Made by a program: the position numbers and the translations under genes
Shown: piece by piece, positions 27,111-42,700 of the stretch
How the letters are laid out: each line of letters begins with the position of its first letter
Position numbering within the stretch: the stretch's first letter is position 1
Assembly: GCA_044892525.1 (NCBI GenBank)
Contig: CM097885.1
Span: forward strand, 17,300,001 to 17,364,000
Direction: 5' to 3'
DNA from: Schmidtea polychroa
Taxonomy: Eukaryota
DNA length: 64,000 nucleotides
Notes under the pieces: generated by a model
Told to the model about the DNA's origin: nothing
The model's database searches: none
What the model saw: the letters and a program-made list of their open reading frames with translations, nothing else

Positions 27111-29189
27111 TGCGGACGCCCATGATTTAAAGTATGAATCATAATTTATAATTTATAACCAAGTCTAATAAATATAAAAATAATACATTATTTTGTGTCA
27201 ACTAATATCAAACAATAGAAAACATGGTTCATATAGATGAAAATGACAATATGTAGAATTTATGAGAAAACATGTTTATTTTATGTATTCAGAAAGCTAA
27301 AGCCTTATTTTTATTAGTTGGTACAAAATAATGTATTATTTTTATATTCATCAGAGATGGTTATAATAATAATTTGTGCAGTTCAAAGTTTAGGGTACAC
27401 ATCTTTTGAACTACTTACTGCACGTTCCCTGGCAAAGAATGGATAATGAAAATAATTTTTTAGAAAAACATGATTTACATAGCTAGTTTACATTTCAAAA
27501 GTTTCATTTATTTGATCCTTCAAAACATTGATCAGTACATTATTGTCTAACTCAATGTTAATCAGTGTTCTTCATTTTCCTTTCATATACAGAATTCTCA
27601 GAGATTACTTTAAGTTAAGGGGTTGTAAAATCTATATAGAAAGTATAACATTGTAATAGTTCTCGAATTATAAGTCAGAATTCAATCTATAAAGAAGAGT
27701 GATGAATGATTAAAATACACCGAAGATTATTTTACAGCTCTAAATGAACGGTCAAAAACTGTTCACCAATGTAAATTAATATAACGTAGACTTTTGTCTG
27801 GATCACATAATTACACATTTGATCTGAATCAAGTCGATCATCTGACTTAGAGATACCTCTGTAATCCCGAATTCCAAATTTGATTGATAATTCAGGTCCT
27901 CTCACATAGCTCGGGTTTTCCATTGCCTCGGGTTATCCATTAGTTGATTAATTTTTAATAAATTTTAGTTTTTTGTAATTAATTCCTTTTAGGGACCGCC
28001 CATTGTTTTTATTTTATTATAGTTGAACTCGGCTCCTTATTCAGCACCCATCCATACCAGTTTCCCTCGGAAAATATTCATTTTTAATTTTTGATTTTTT
28101 AATTAATATTTTGTACTTTAATTATTATTGTGAATTTGGTGTTTTTATTGACTTTCCCCTCATTTTTGTACCTCACTTTTTGAACCTTAACAATATCCAT
28201 CTGTGATCTGACGACGAATAGGAGTATCAGGAGCTTGTTTTATCGTTATCACTAGATTTATCGTTTGTAATGTGCATTCTATATATAAGTGAAGAGTTAT
28301 GGTTAGGGGTAGGGTTCCAATTCTAGAGTTTTGAGCACATTTTTATTGATTAAAAAAATGGAGATTTTTGAAAAAACGGTGATATATTTGTATATTAAAA
28401 CAATGTATTTTAATTTTCTTAATTTAAAAATTGTATGTTAATTTAATTAATTTAACAATGTATTTATAATTTGCCTAGTAAATTAATAAATTAATATATT
28501 TATTAACTTTATTACCATTTCTATAATATATAATTATATAATTATATAATAATTATTTCTATAATATATAATATGCAATGCCAATTGAAATGAAATCAGA
28601 GGTAAAAATCAAAATTAAGTTCTTATAACATAATATAAATATGTATATTACATTTAATATCTAAAATTAAAATTTATATCTCATTTGAAAAATAGCAATA
28701 TCCAGCATTTATTCATTATTTTTAGAAATTACTATTTTCTTTGTCTAACGGCTATTTTTAGACCATCTCAAATGGCCCAACGTTAACAAGTTGACTAATT
28801 TATGATTTACCTTAATCATTTAGAATGACCATTTCAACAATCACTTATTTGTCCCGAGAAGTGAGTATGACAAAGGCTATAAAGAAAGATTGTTGCTAGC
28901 AAATACTCCATACAAATAAAAACAATAAATAAAAAAATTGATCACATATGATCGAAAGAACGTTGCAAGCAAAGAAATTTACAAACTACTAACCAATATC
29001 AAATTGCAAAATTTATCTCAGGGATGAACTTCTTTGTACTTCTGGTGAAGAAAAATGCAATATTAATATTTATTTCCTATTACACTTACTGTTTTTCGAA
29101 TTCTGGTTCTTTTGAATAATCATTATATATAAACAAATAATATTCTTTAATTAAATTGAATATGATTTAATTTAATTATCATATTACCT

Positions 29190-29910
29190 TGTGATCAGTA
29201 CGGCGAATCCAACTCGCCCTGATCAAGATAGGAAGGCTTCCTTCGGTTGCGAGCCAAACGCTTGTTTTCCTTATTCTCTTCTGGATTTCTGATGTCGACC
29301 TGACTGTCTTCAAACTCTCGTTCGACATCGCTGGATTCGATGAATGGATTTGGCAACACTTGGATGTCTTCTACAAGGCGCGGTACTCCGTCAACCTCTA
29401 TGTTGGTGGTTGAATTTATGCCAGTGATAACTTTACTAAGCCACCGAGCAGTGCATTTTGTTGGAACTGGCTTTATAACAACCTTCTGACCAGTTTTAAA
29501 ATCACAATATACCACGCGATCCTCTTCAACACTATAAAATCTCCACTGGTATTTAAATAACCTCTCTGAAAGATCTATACTTTAATTCTTCACGTTCTTG
29601 AATGGCATGTTGTACCAAAAATCAATGCCCCGTGGGTCTGAAAGTCTCCTGGCTGCATGGATTTTATTGTCCGGTGGTTTCTCTTCACGACCCACTCCCA
29701 AATGGTAGAAGTCACACACCTGTATGTCGGCTTCATCCCATCTACAACATAAATCCTTAAAAGATTTTGGACCTCTTTCTCGAAAAACTTCTTTCAGATT
29801 TTTTACAATAATTTGTGCATCTTCACGTGATATCTTTCTCCAAATAGAAAATCTCTCGTGGTGCATGCCATCTACGGCTAGTTTTCCTAATTTTATTGAC
29901 CACTAATGAT
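29190..29910 (-). pseudogene. Degenerate Gypsy-type integrase C-terminal fragment
   Basis: RFSIWRKI..EDAQII..LKEVFRERGP and FKTGQKVVIKP...VEVDGVPR; multiple frame breaks. Confidence 0.6.
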
Positions 29911-30170
29911 CCATTTTCTCACTTAACTGGCTATATATTGATAGATTTACATTCAATACAATTACTTAAAACATTCCTTATTTCATCTAGTGGAGTATCT
30001 TGGTTTTCCAACTGAACGAATTAAATAGATTTTTCCATTCCAAAGTGGTGTTTGCCGTGACGGTTCTTTACTTGTTATGACGATAAGTTTACACAGCTAA
30101 AAAGAAGCTCTAGACATCAACTATCTATGTGGAACTTTATAATAATTAATATTTTCTTTATAATAATTAA

Positions 30171-30400
30171 TACTCTCAGTGCCATGTCAGTCATTTTTGA
30201 CTGACAGTGCTTTGCAATGATAACAAAGAAAGAGAAAATATGGAAATATTTTAGTCTACTGTGACTTTCGTAATAGGTAAGTTCATTAGCATAAGGTCGA
30301 TTTGTCTGACAGTGACTTTTTTAAAAATAAACTTGTCAGGTCAATGTGTCTGACAATAACATGTTATAAAAGGCATGTGTTTTATGTGGCACTGAGAATG
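30171..30400. mobile_element. TTAA-flanked MITE
   Basis: TIR core TCTCAGTGCCA / TGGCACTGAGA with TTAA on both sides. Confidence 0.65.
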
Positions 30401-30720
30401 TTAATAACCTTGTAAGATTTCAACTTAAATTAATTTAGGGATTGAAAAATAAATTGGAAATTTACTTTCAGTTTTTAATATTTACTTCATAAAGTTAAAT
30501 TGAAATTATATTTGAAGTTATTTTAATGTTATGGCTGCAATTATTTGCAATTATACATTTGTTTGTGTATATCAATCAAAGTTATAGTTTTGAAATTAGT
30601 AATTCAATATTTTACAAAACTGTTGCTGAAGTGATTTTTTTATCAAGTATTTTAATTTATTTCTTTACTCTTTAAATTTTGGATAATAATGTTAATAGAA
30701 TTGTAAAATACACCATTTTA

Positions 30721-33700
30721 ATGGCATCAGACAATAATAACACGAAATTCTCTATTTCTGATTTCATTAAAATAGAAAAAATTGGCGAAGGTTTTGTTTT
30801 TAATAGATTATTAATTAAAGTTATTAATTAACAAAGGCACTTATGGTGTTGTATATAAGGGTAAAAATAAAAAGACTGGTGATTTTGCTGCTTTGAAAAA
30901 GATTCGATTGGAAAACGATGAAGATGGAGTTCCATCGACAGCGATTCGTGAGATATCCCTCCTTAAAGAATTGATTCATCCAAATATTGTCACGTATGTG
31001 CAAAAGAATTTTTTATCGGGATTATTTTGTTTGCTTGTCTAACTAATTCCAGATTGAAACAAAGCATGATGCAGGATGGTAAATTATTTCTCGTGTTTGA
31101 GTATTTGAATATGGATTTACGCCGCTATCTCGACAATCTGCAAGGCAAAATGGATCCCATGGTTATCAAATGTTTTGTTTACCAAATATTGCAGGGATTG
31201 TTGTTCTGTCATTTGCGGCGAGTTATTCATCGAGATTTGAAACCACAAAATCTACTCGTTGACGCCACTGGCACAATAATCAAATTGGCTGACTTTGGTC
31301 TGGCTCGAACGTTTGGTGTGCCGGTGAAAGCTCTGACGCATGAAGTGAAATTATTAATCGATCTAATATGGTGACATCTAACTCAGGTTGTCACGTTGTG
31401 GTATCGAGCACCGGAAATTCTGATGGGTTCCAAACGGTATTCTTGTGCGGTTGACGTTTGGTCTGTGGCGTGCATTTTCGCTGAAATGGCAACAACTAAG
31501 CCGCTATTCAGGGGTGACTCAGAAATCGATCAGATTTTCAAGATATTCCATTTATTAGGCACGCCGACCGAGAACCACTGGCCTGGGGTCAGTCATTTGT
31601 CTAGCTGGAATTCTATGCTGCCCTTGTGGACAACTAGTCGATTGTGTTCCCATTTTAAGGATTCCATGTCGCCGGACGGGCTGGATTTGATAGCGGTTAA
31701 TTATTGATTGTTGCTATATTGAATCCAATATATTTAAATCACAATTGGATAATTTTGATCCCGTCAGGAATGCCCCATACATTGTGTTACGCAATACCTA
31801 TGTAATGCGCCAATTAAGCCACTCCACGTTGTATTATATATAGATTATATGCCCTTATTATGTCATATATGTTATCATATATATTGCGTAATAATTTGGC
31901 AACTTTTATTGTTATATGACATCCACACAAAACCACTCATTACGTAATCATCGAGTTCTCCATAACATATATGTTAGTTATGTGACAATTGACATTCCCA
32001 TAGCATAATCAATATTTCCTATTATGTAATCATTTATATATTTCCATATATTTAATATAAGCCTTGTGATGTAATAATTTATATATTTCCCTATGGTTTA
32101 TCACATTTATTTTATAATTGTTAGGTAATCATTTAAATTATCATGTATTATATTTAATATAAGCCTTGTGATGTAATCATTTATATTATCATATATTATA
32201 TTTAATATCAGCCCAGTGATGTAATCATTTATATATTTCCCTATGGGATATCACGTTTATTTTATTATTATTACATAATCATTTAAATTATCATGTATTA
32301 TATTTAATATAAGCCTTGTGATGTAATCATTTATATTATCATATATTATATTTAATATAAGCCTTGTGATGTAATCATTTATATTATCATATATTATATT
32401 TAATATAAGCCTTGTGATGTAATCATTTATATATTTCCCTATGGTTTAGCACATTTATTTTATAATTGTTACGTAATCATTTACATTATCATGTATTATA
32501 TTTAATATCAGCCTTGTGATGTAATCATTTATATTATCATATATTATATTTAATATAAGCCCTGTGATGTAATCATTTATATATTTCCCTATGGTTTAGC
32601 ACATTTATTTTATAATTGTTACGTAATCATTTACATTATCATGTATTATATTTAATATCAGCCTTGTGATGTAATCATTTATATTATCATATATTATATT
32701 TAATATAAGCCCTATGATGTAATCATTTATATATTTCCATATATTTAATATAAGTCCTGTGATGTAATCATTTATATATTTCCCTATGGTTTAGCACATT
32801 TATTTTATAATTGTTAGGTAATCATTTAAATTATCATGTATTATATTTAATATAAGCCTTGTGATGTAATCATTTATATTATCATATATTATATTTAATA
32901 TCAGCCCAGTGATGTAATCATTTATATATTTCCCTATGGGATATCACGTTTATTTTATTATTATTACATAATCATTTAAATTATCATGTATTATATTTAA
33001 TATAAGCCTTGTGATGTAATCATTTATATTATCATATATTATATTTAATATAAGCCTTGTGATGTAATCATTTATATTATCATATATTATATTTAATATA
33101 AGCCTTGTGATGTAATCATTTATATATTTCCCTATGGTTTAGCACATTTATTTTATAATTGTTACGTAATCATTTACATTATCATGTATTATATTTAATA
33201 TCAGCCTTGTGATGTAATCATTTATATTATCATATATTATATTTAATATAAGCCCTGTGATGTAATCATTTATATATTTCCCTATGGTTTAGCACATTTA
33301 TTTTATAATTGTTACGTAATCATTTACATTATCATGTATTATATTTAATATCAGCCTTGTGATGTAATCATTTATATTATCATATATTATATTTAATATA
33401 AGCCCTATGATGTAATCATTTATATATTTCCATATATTTAATATAAGTCCTGTGATGTAATCATTTATATATTTCCATATATTTAATATAAGCCTTGTGA
33501 TGTAATCATTTATATATTTCCCTATGGTTTAGCACATTTATTTTATAATTGTTACGTAATCATTTAAATTATCATGTATTATATTTAATATCAGCCTTGT
33601 GATGTAATCATTTATATTATCATATATTATATTTAATATAAGCCCTGTGATGTAATCATTTATATATTTCCATATATTTAATATAAGTCCTGTGATGTAA

Positions 33701-36700
33701 TCATTTATATATTTCCATATATTTAATATAAGCCTTGTGATGTAATCATTTATATATTTCCCTATGGTTTAGCACATTTATTTTATAATTGTTACGTAAT
33801 CATTTAAATTATCATGTATTATATTTAATATCAGCCTTGTGATGCAATCATTTATATTATCATATATTATATTTAATATCAGCCCTGTGATATAATCATA
33901 TATATTTTCCATTGTTATGTAACATTTGATATAAAATATATATTACGTAACAATGTATGCTATATCTAGCGTGAACAGACGATTTTCAAAATTATAAAAA
34001 AATTAATAAATGTTTATGAATAACATCTTTATTTTACGTATTTATCAGAGCAAATTATTTTTCCCTCGAATTCAACATTTCCTTTTATCACTGCATAGAA
34101 TTGAGTAAAAATTACATCTGAATTGTGTTGGATGGTGAGTTGAGCGCTTATAGTTTCAACATCAAATCTGTTTTCTCATCCTTCCACGCTCGATTATTGA
34201 AAGAAAAAAGTCTCTCTATGTCACACGAGGTTCCTGGCAATGAAAATGCAAACTCTGCGCACTTTTCCATGTTAACCAAGCGAGTTGATTGTTCGCGAAA
34301 GCGAGTAAAAATACTAATCCATTTTTTCTCAACAGTAAATTCTTCATCTGCATACGATAACAACTTATCTTCAACAAATGACTTCATAAGAATATATTTG
34401 TCAAAGGAATGTAACTATCGATGATCGATTTAATTTTATCTCCATACTTGTCAGCAAGGTATTCATCATCGACTCATCAACTTCCTTCCATTCTGCGACT
34501 TTTGCCATGAGCATCCACATAAATCTAGTCAATTAATGCCTCGTAGAAGTCCGAAATTTGCTTCTTGATTTTTACTTGAAGACCATTGTTAAATTTCTGA
34601 TATTCAAGTTGAGATTCTCTAGGCATAAAAGAGAAATCTTTTCTATTCTGCATCCTCCTTTTTAACCTTATCATTTCATTAGCTGATTTACAACGAACAA
34701 AATCCAGAATTTTCCAGCTGGATTCTCGAAGAATCGTAAAACTGTTGAAAGACATTTTTTAATGACAAAAATTATTGCTTCAAATGATCATAAAGCTCAA
34801 TCAATCGATTAATAGCCGGCTCTAATGTCAGAAATCTTGTTGATGAATGATTTTGTAGAGGCTTGTAACTTTCATCCATTGCTTCACAGCAAGTCTTAAA
34901 GGTTTCTATTCGAACCGTATATAAACTGAAATGTTTGTAAATCTTAACAACAAGAGCTTCCATGTCAATGTCGAGAATTTCACATCCAGCATTTGATGCG
35001 TTATAAGTGTTGAGGTCTCACTTTTAACTATGGAGACTATTTGGTAAAGTTTTATTAATAAGAAAAATTCACTTTTTAATTATACACAAATTGTCTTTCG
35101 AGCTTTTCCAAAATTTGCTGATCAAAAAGAAATAGATGCGTGTTATATGATCAAATGTAAATAATCTTCTGGTAGACGTTTTTGTTCTGTCTTAATTTAA
35201 AATCTCGTAGAGATTACCTCTTCAAGATTTAGGAGCTTAATTTACTAAATTTTGTTGTGCTATATATACTATTTTAAATGTTAATGAAATAAAATATTTT
35301 AATTTCCGGCCTATACGCACGGAATATTATATATTAATTATATTATATTTATTATATTTATTTTGCTACCATCTGTTAAACATTGCGTGTTATATACTTA
35401 TTGAATATTGCATGTTTTATAATTTAATATTTCTTTTTGCTCTATTCGTTAAGACAGCTGTTTCTTTTTAATACTCATAGACGAAATCGCTGATTATTTT
35501 ATATTATTATTGTTATTATTATTTTTATTATTTATTTCTAAAATTAATTATTAATTTACCCTTTTGTAAAATATTAAATATGTATACGGGAAGATATATT
35601 AGCAAGCTACAAAATAGAATAAAATAATCCATATATACACCCATAAAAGAATAAAATAATTAAAAATAGTCACATATAAAGGATCAAATTAAATATCAAG
35701 AATAGTCAATAATACCATAAATGTAGATTATATATTTACAGGGGATGTTGAAAGTTATTCTTTGGGAAATTGGATTGTTAAATTGGATTGATAGATAGAG
35801 TTTTATTTACATTAGATTGCGAGCGATCTAATTGCGTTCTTCGGCGAACACATTGACCCTATATTTGTTTGGCCCTGTTCTATAATACTTATCTAGGGTA
35901 AATGTAGTGATGGACCTGTCCTCATCATCTAACATAAGCAATATGAGTTACACATCCATTTCCGATTATTTGTCGATGAAGAAAAGTTTGAAGATGCCTC
36001 CATACGTTGTTTTGACCATTTCGATCGATTCTACCAAAATTAAGATTTGTATTGTCTGCTCCAAATGCTATAACTTTCTCCTGCAAATGTTGTTCCTCGA
36101 TAATTTTGGAAATCTCATCAGCTATTGTTTTTGACTTTTCGTTTGGAATCGACACAAGTCTTTATATCTTGGTGGATCTTTTCATCAATGTATGGTGCAA
36201 TCACTTTCTTTATGATCGCAACTGTTTTTGTTCTTCCTAATGTAAAATTTCCCTCGAAACATGCTCGAATGAGTTCGGATGTGCAATTATTAGAGCGAAA
36301 AGACAAGTTGTGCCTTCCAGTATGATATGCAATTGCTGCTTCCTTAGAGCTAAAATTTAATTCATCCTTTGTTGCCGAAATCTTATTAGAAAAGTCGCTT
36401 ACTTTCTTACTTGAGGCTTCGATCGACCACCGTGGCTTATTGAGAATGCTGATGAGCAAACTGTACACAATACTTTGCTGTCGTCTGGTGAATATCTCTT
36501 GATGAATACAAACTCTGTGCCATAACTGTCATTTCCCGAAGTCTTTCTTTTCTTGCTTGTGCTCATCTGGATTAAAAATTTGATTTGCTGGAGACATTTT
36601 TGAACGAAATCAACAATGGCATTACTTACAATAATAGTTTTGATGATTACGTTTTATCAAATAATACTTTTAAATCATAAATCAATTTGCAGTTAATTGT

Positions 36701-39700
36701 AAATTTTAATTTGATAAAGTAGCAAAATATTGAGGTTATCAAAAAGGGTAGGAAATTAGGATTCGGGGGAGGGAAACAGAGGAATTTTTTGAAAAATAAT
36801 ATAACGACTTTACTGAGAAAAATTTTCTTTTTTGCTTCAATTTGATAATTTTTTTTAAAAACGTTAATAGTAATTTTTGAAATATGGGACTGTCCCGGGT
36901 AAATATGAGAAAATGGTCACGCTAGTTATATCACATATTAATATCGGATCCTTTATGTAATAATTTATATATTATATTTCCATAGTTGTGCACATTTGAT
37001 ATTTTACATATTACATAGTCATACATGTTTTCCCTTGTTATATCATAGTGGACTTCTCAAATCTTATGTAATCATTTAAATTTCACCATACTGGATTTTC
37101 CTTCTGTTACCAGCTTAATCCAGAATACAAAGATTACCATACTACTCGACATTTGTTAAATGAGCGAGCGTGAACTATGAGTGTAAATTTTAAATAAATA
37201 ATGATGTCATGTAGAGAATCAAATTGTTTCAGCAAAAATATCTCATTTTGTCTAAAATGGTGTATTAAAATGTAATTTCAAATTTTTTATAACGTCATAG
37301 TCTCATTAAATCGATAATTTAATTTCAAGTAAAAGAGTCTTTGAAGTTCTTATAAAAAATTTAATTTATGACGTAATTATTATTTTAAAACAAAAAATTA
37401 AATTATTACACAATCACCGATTAAAACAAAATTTAAAATATTTTTATCGATGATTAAAACAAAATATTAAAACAAAAATAAATCCAATGATAATCTTCAA
37501 CCTTAAATAAAAATATACTCAAATCAAAAAAAGATCACTTCAATATTATGAAAGAATTTCGAAAAATCAATCGTCAACCCATAAAAAAATCGTCAAACTC
37601 TGCAAACAAATCATCAATATTTGCATTTCCAGTATTTATTTTATTTTTATTAACAAAGACATGTGTAATACTAGAGCATGATTAACTTAAACGAAGCAAT
37701 ATGAATCTGATTAGTTAAATGTAATATAAATACACCACCCTTTCAAAAATTTATTATAGAAATATTGCAAATTAAATTTTTCATAAATTATTAAATGCGT
37801 AGGTAACTAATAACGAAAATGATGAGGTCATCAATAAACTACAATTCCTCGTTAATCGCACAGAGAAAATAGTTGAAGACACTCTTTTGAAATATGCTAG
37901 AATTCTACATTTAGAGACAGTAGAACAAAAGAAATTGTTTCAAAGGAATATTTGACTAATTGTTTAATGATAAAATCAAATGAACCCATATAAATGATAA
38001 GGTTATCATTCATGAAGAAAATTATGAAATCTGACTTGGAATATGAAAACTGTTTTCGATGTAAAGGTATATTATTTTATTCTTTTTATTATTGTTATTA
38101 TTATTTAGATAATTGAATCAAAAATTGCTCCGTGGGAGGATGGGATGTCGTAATCGAAATCGTCGCAGAAGCCAAAAAATCGAATGAAAATCGTGAAAAA
38201 TTAAAAAAACTTATTAAAACTCGTTACTAGATTAATTGTCGTATATGGTTCTAATAAGATTTATCATATGCTTTTATAAATGTAATTATTATTTTATTTC
38301 AAACAAATATAATAAAATCAAGTCTAAGATTCATTGATTAATACATGTACTGTCTTCATCCCCACGTGTTGCTTTCATTATATTTTTTTCAACATGATCA
38401 GTACAGTAATGATATTACATTAGAGGCCAAGGACCAAATGTGAAGCAGTTCAGAGTATATTGCGTAATTCAATACAATGTGTTAGTTATTAAGCAATATA
38501 CATTACTATTTAAGAGTGATCACTCTGTGTTAATATTAATAAATCTTTAGATGGAACCAATTGTTCTAACTGGCGACCACGCCGAAAATGTTCACACAAT
38601 GACAACTCGAGGAGAAGGGAAAAGTCTGCAAAAGACGCGCTACCGAAACGTGCGCAAAAACTCTTGGATATGGAAATTAGAAGATACGACGGCAGATGTA
38701 CCAAGGAAGCTGAAAAATGGATACAGGCAATTGATGATTGGATCGCTAGGAATGATTTGAAGAAAACCGAGGTATTCGATTTTCTCCTTTGCGATGAAGC
38801 GGCTACACTGTGGAAAAATTTCAAAACAGAAAAAACAACAGATAAAGCAGCTAAAGAATGGTTTTCCGATATATTTACAATTAAATTGACAATTATAGAC
38901 AAGATTAAAGAACTTGCTGCAATTAGACAAGAGGAAAATGAGAGATATGCAACCTTCGAAATCAGGGTATTGAAATTAGTGAGTGATTATTAATTCAGGA
39001 ATGAGGGTAGAGGAGATTGCCAATGAAATTATAACTGGACGCGTCAGAGACAAGATTAAAGGATGCTCTAACAATGAAACCATCGATGACAACAGAAGAA
39101 CGAAATCAACTGGCCAAAATTTACGAAAAAGTGGAATCAAAAGAAAAGACGGAAGAAATTATGGTAATAAAGAAGAGTAGTTACGCGGAAGCAACAAGGA
39201 GAAGAAATTCAGAAACGTTTACAAGAGAAACAAATGGAAGTAACACCAATGTATTAAGAAGCCAAGGAAATTACAGAAGAGAGAATTTACCAAATAATTC
39301 GTATAACAGAAATAACGAAACGAATCATACAGTGGAAAGGAATGTGCAGAGAAGGACACCGACGGTTTCGCTTAAACACATTGCCAAGAGATTATACAAT
39401 CGATCTAGAGGCCTTTCTGATCCAAGAAACGGCGAATTACAGTCAGGCCAATGCTTTTGCTGTGGAGAATAATGGCACAGAAGATATGAATGTCCACTAA
39501 AAGATAAATGTTTGATATATGGTAAGGGAGAGCATAATTTTCGTGATTGTTATTTATTAAGAAAGAAAGAACAACAGAACTATGAGAACAAGAAATGATA
39601 GCTTGTGTGCATGACGAAGAAAACGGAAGAAATTACTCGGATGATGCATAAACAAGAGAATCAATTAATGATTATGCAATTCATGATGTGGAAACTGAAA

Positions 39701-42700
39701 AAAACACGAGGAACTCTATTGCATACATTTCGTCAATGGGGTTGTAAAGGAAGAAAATCGGAATGACAGAACAGAGAGAATGAGGTATGCGACATCAGAT
39801 GGAAGAGAATGGAGCAAGATGAAAATAAATGATGTTGAGATTGAGATGTTGTGGAATTCTGGAGCTTCAATTACAGTGATGAATGAGGAAACATGGCATA
39901 AAATTGGCAGTCCACGTTTAAGCAGCAGTGAAATCAAAATATGTGGAGTTTTTCCAGGAACTCAAAGACCACAGGGATGTACAGAAGTAAATGTTTATTG
40001 GCACAATAAGATGAGGACTATCAAAATAATTGTTATTAAAAATATATTTCCAGGTTTTATTGGTGGAATAGATACTTTGAAAGCATTAGGAGTGCAGTTG
40101 ATGGAAATTAACAATATCGAATCCGAAACAAAGATTAGCAATTATACTGATGACGAGAGAAGACAAAAAGCAAAAAGGGAATTGGGAAGAAATGAATTGC
40201 CAACAATTAACAAATTATTAGATGGATTCGGGTCAATATTTATGGCAGCCAGATTTGATTTAGGATTCACAAGAATCGTAGAGCACGAAATTAATACATC
40301 TGGGAATCCAACAATGCAATTTCCAAGACGACAACCGATGCATCTAGAACAGAAAATTGACGATATGATAAAAGAGTTAACAAAAGCTGGAGTTATAAGA
40401 CGATGTAAAAGTCCATGGAGCTCTCCATTGGTTGTAGTAGGAAAGAAAGACGGCTCAATTAGAGTGTGCGTAGATTATCGAGAGTTGAATAAGATGACAG
40501 AAAGAGAATCTTTTCCTATGCCCAACATATCCCAATTACTCGATAACCTATCAGGATCTAAATTCTTTTCTTCTTTAGATCTTGAACAAGCATACTATCA
40601 GGTTGCATTAGCAGAAGATGCACAAGAAAAAACGGCTTTTAGTTCCAAAGAAGGTCAATTTTGTTTCAATCGACTTCTATTTGGATTATCAACGGCTCCA
40701 GCAACATTTCAGCGATTAATGCACACGATGTTAGAGGGTATCTTGTTTAATGGAGCAATTGTTTATTTAGACGATATTCTGGTATATGGCAAGGACCAGT
40801 CTGAACATGATGAGCGATTGCGAGAAGTTTTCAAAAGAATAAAAAAACAGGACTAAGAATAAATCCGGAGAAGTGCGAAATTTACAAAACCAAATTAAAA
40901 TTCCTTGGCCACACCGTCAGTGAAGATGGAATACAGACAAATTCAGAGAAGATCAAGTCAATTACAGAAGCGACGAAACCACAGTGTGCTAAACAACTTC
41001 GATCTTTTCTAGGTTTGACAAATTACTATAGACGATTTGTCAAAGATTATGCTAAAATAGCAGCACCCCTACATGCAGCAGCGTCAAGTTGTGATAAAAC
41101 AATCGAATGGTCAGAAAATTGTGAAAACAGTTTTAAAAAACTTAAAGAAGCCTTAACACAAGCACCTATTCTTGATTTTCCTCGTATAGATCCAACTATT
41201 AAGTATTGTTTTGAAAATTGTCCATTCGTCTTTCTTTGTGATTGCAGTTAAAGAAATCAGTTTGCTAAAACGGTCCACCATTACTACTATATATTTTTTT
41301 ATGGCGTTCATTTCCATGTAAGCCACATCCATAACAATCTGTTCTAGGAATTCAGAGCTATATCTAGGAATAAATGTTTCCTTGGTTCTTGTCTGATCGA
41401 TTTTTCTCTTAGCGCAGATCTCGCAACATCGTAAACAGAGTTCGATTGTTTCTTGCATTTTCGCCCAATAAAATATCTTTTCCGTATAATGAAATAATTT
41501 CTTAACTCCAATGTGACAGTTCTTCACGTAGGGTTGTTGTTAACAGGCTTGCAAATGTTTCTGGGACTAACATTAAGATATTTTTGTTCTTTTCTACTGT
41601 TATTAATCCTCCATCAATTCGTGTATTTTTTACGTTAAAAGGAAAGCAATTCTTTTTCTCCCGTGTACATCCATTTTCCAATATCTCTCGCAGCTCTCGA
41701 AACTGAATGTCCTTTTGTTGTTGTTCCCATACTTTTTCCATAGCTTCTGTTCTTTGGATAGTATATATATCTAATCTTTGATTTTCCTTCCTTAGCTTCT
41801 TCATGTCTTGTTTGACACTGGGTGCAAATCATACTTTTTAATCTTGATAGTCCATCTGCATTCGAGTGTTCTTCGCCTTTCCGATATTTTAGTTCAAAAT
41901 CATATTCCGACAGGTTAGCTAACCATGTTTGGAACTGCGGATTGATTGGCTTTTTTGTAGTGTTCATGAAAACTAGTGCTTTGTGGTCAGTGCGAATTAT
42001 GAATTTTTTTCCGTACAGATATTCTCTAAAATGCATGACGTATTCATGTACGGCGAGGAATTCTTTCCTGGTTACACAGTATCCATTTTCATGTGATGAC
42101 ATGTATCTTGAGCCGTAAGCTATGACAGATTTTTCTTCATCTTCTGTAATTTGACTCAAATCTGCACCAATGGCTCCGAAACTAGCGTCTGTGTCTAGGA
42201 TAAAAGTCCTATCTTCTCTTGGAAAATCAAGGATAGGTGCTTCGCACAAACGTCTCTTCAGAGTTTGGAAGCTCTCATTGAATTCTTTAGTCCAATTTAT
42301 ATCTTTATCGCATCCAGATGTTGCAGCGTATAATGGTTCGGCGATTTTGGCATAGTCTTTGATGAATCTTCTATAGTAGTTTGTTAATCCGAGAAACGAT
42401 CTCAATTGTTTTGAACATTTTGGTACTTCTGCTTTCCCGATCTCGTCCACCTTCTTCCTATTTGTCTGGATACCCTTCTCGTTAACTGTGTGACCAAGGA
42501 AACACAATTCTGTTTTTTTGAATTTGCATTTTCTGGATTTATCTTCAGTCCTGCCATTTGAATTCTTCTGAATATTTTCCTTAATAGCTCATCGTGGTCT
42601 TTTTGACTTTTACCATATACCAAGATATCATCTAGATAAACTATTAATCCCTTGAATAGCATTCGTTCTAGCACTGTGTGCATTAGTCTCTGGAATGTCG

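Noticed and set aside
27400..29130. Possible small exons on the minus strand
   Set aside because: Could not assemble a consistent spliced reading frame.
32020..33900. CRISPR-like repeat/spacer appearance
   Set aside because: The intervening sequences are themselves repeated; eukaryotic context and no cas genes.
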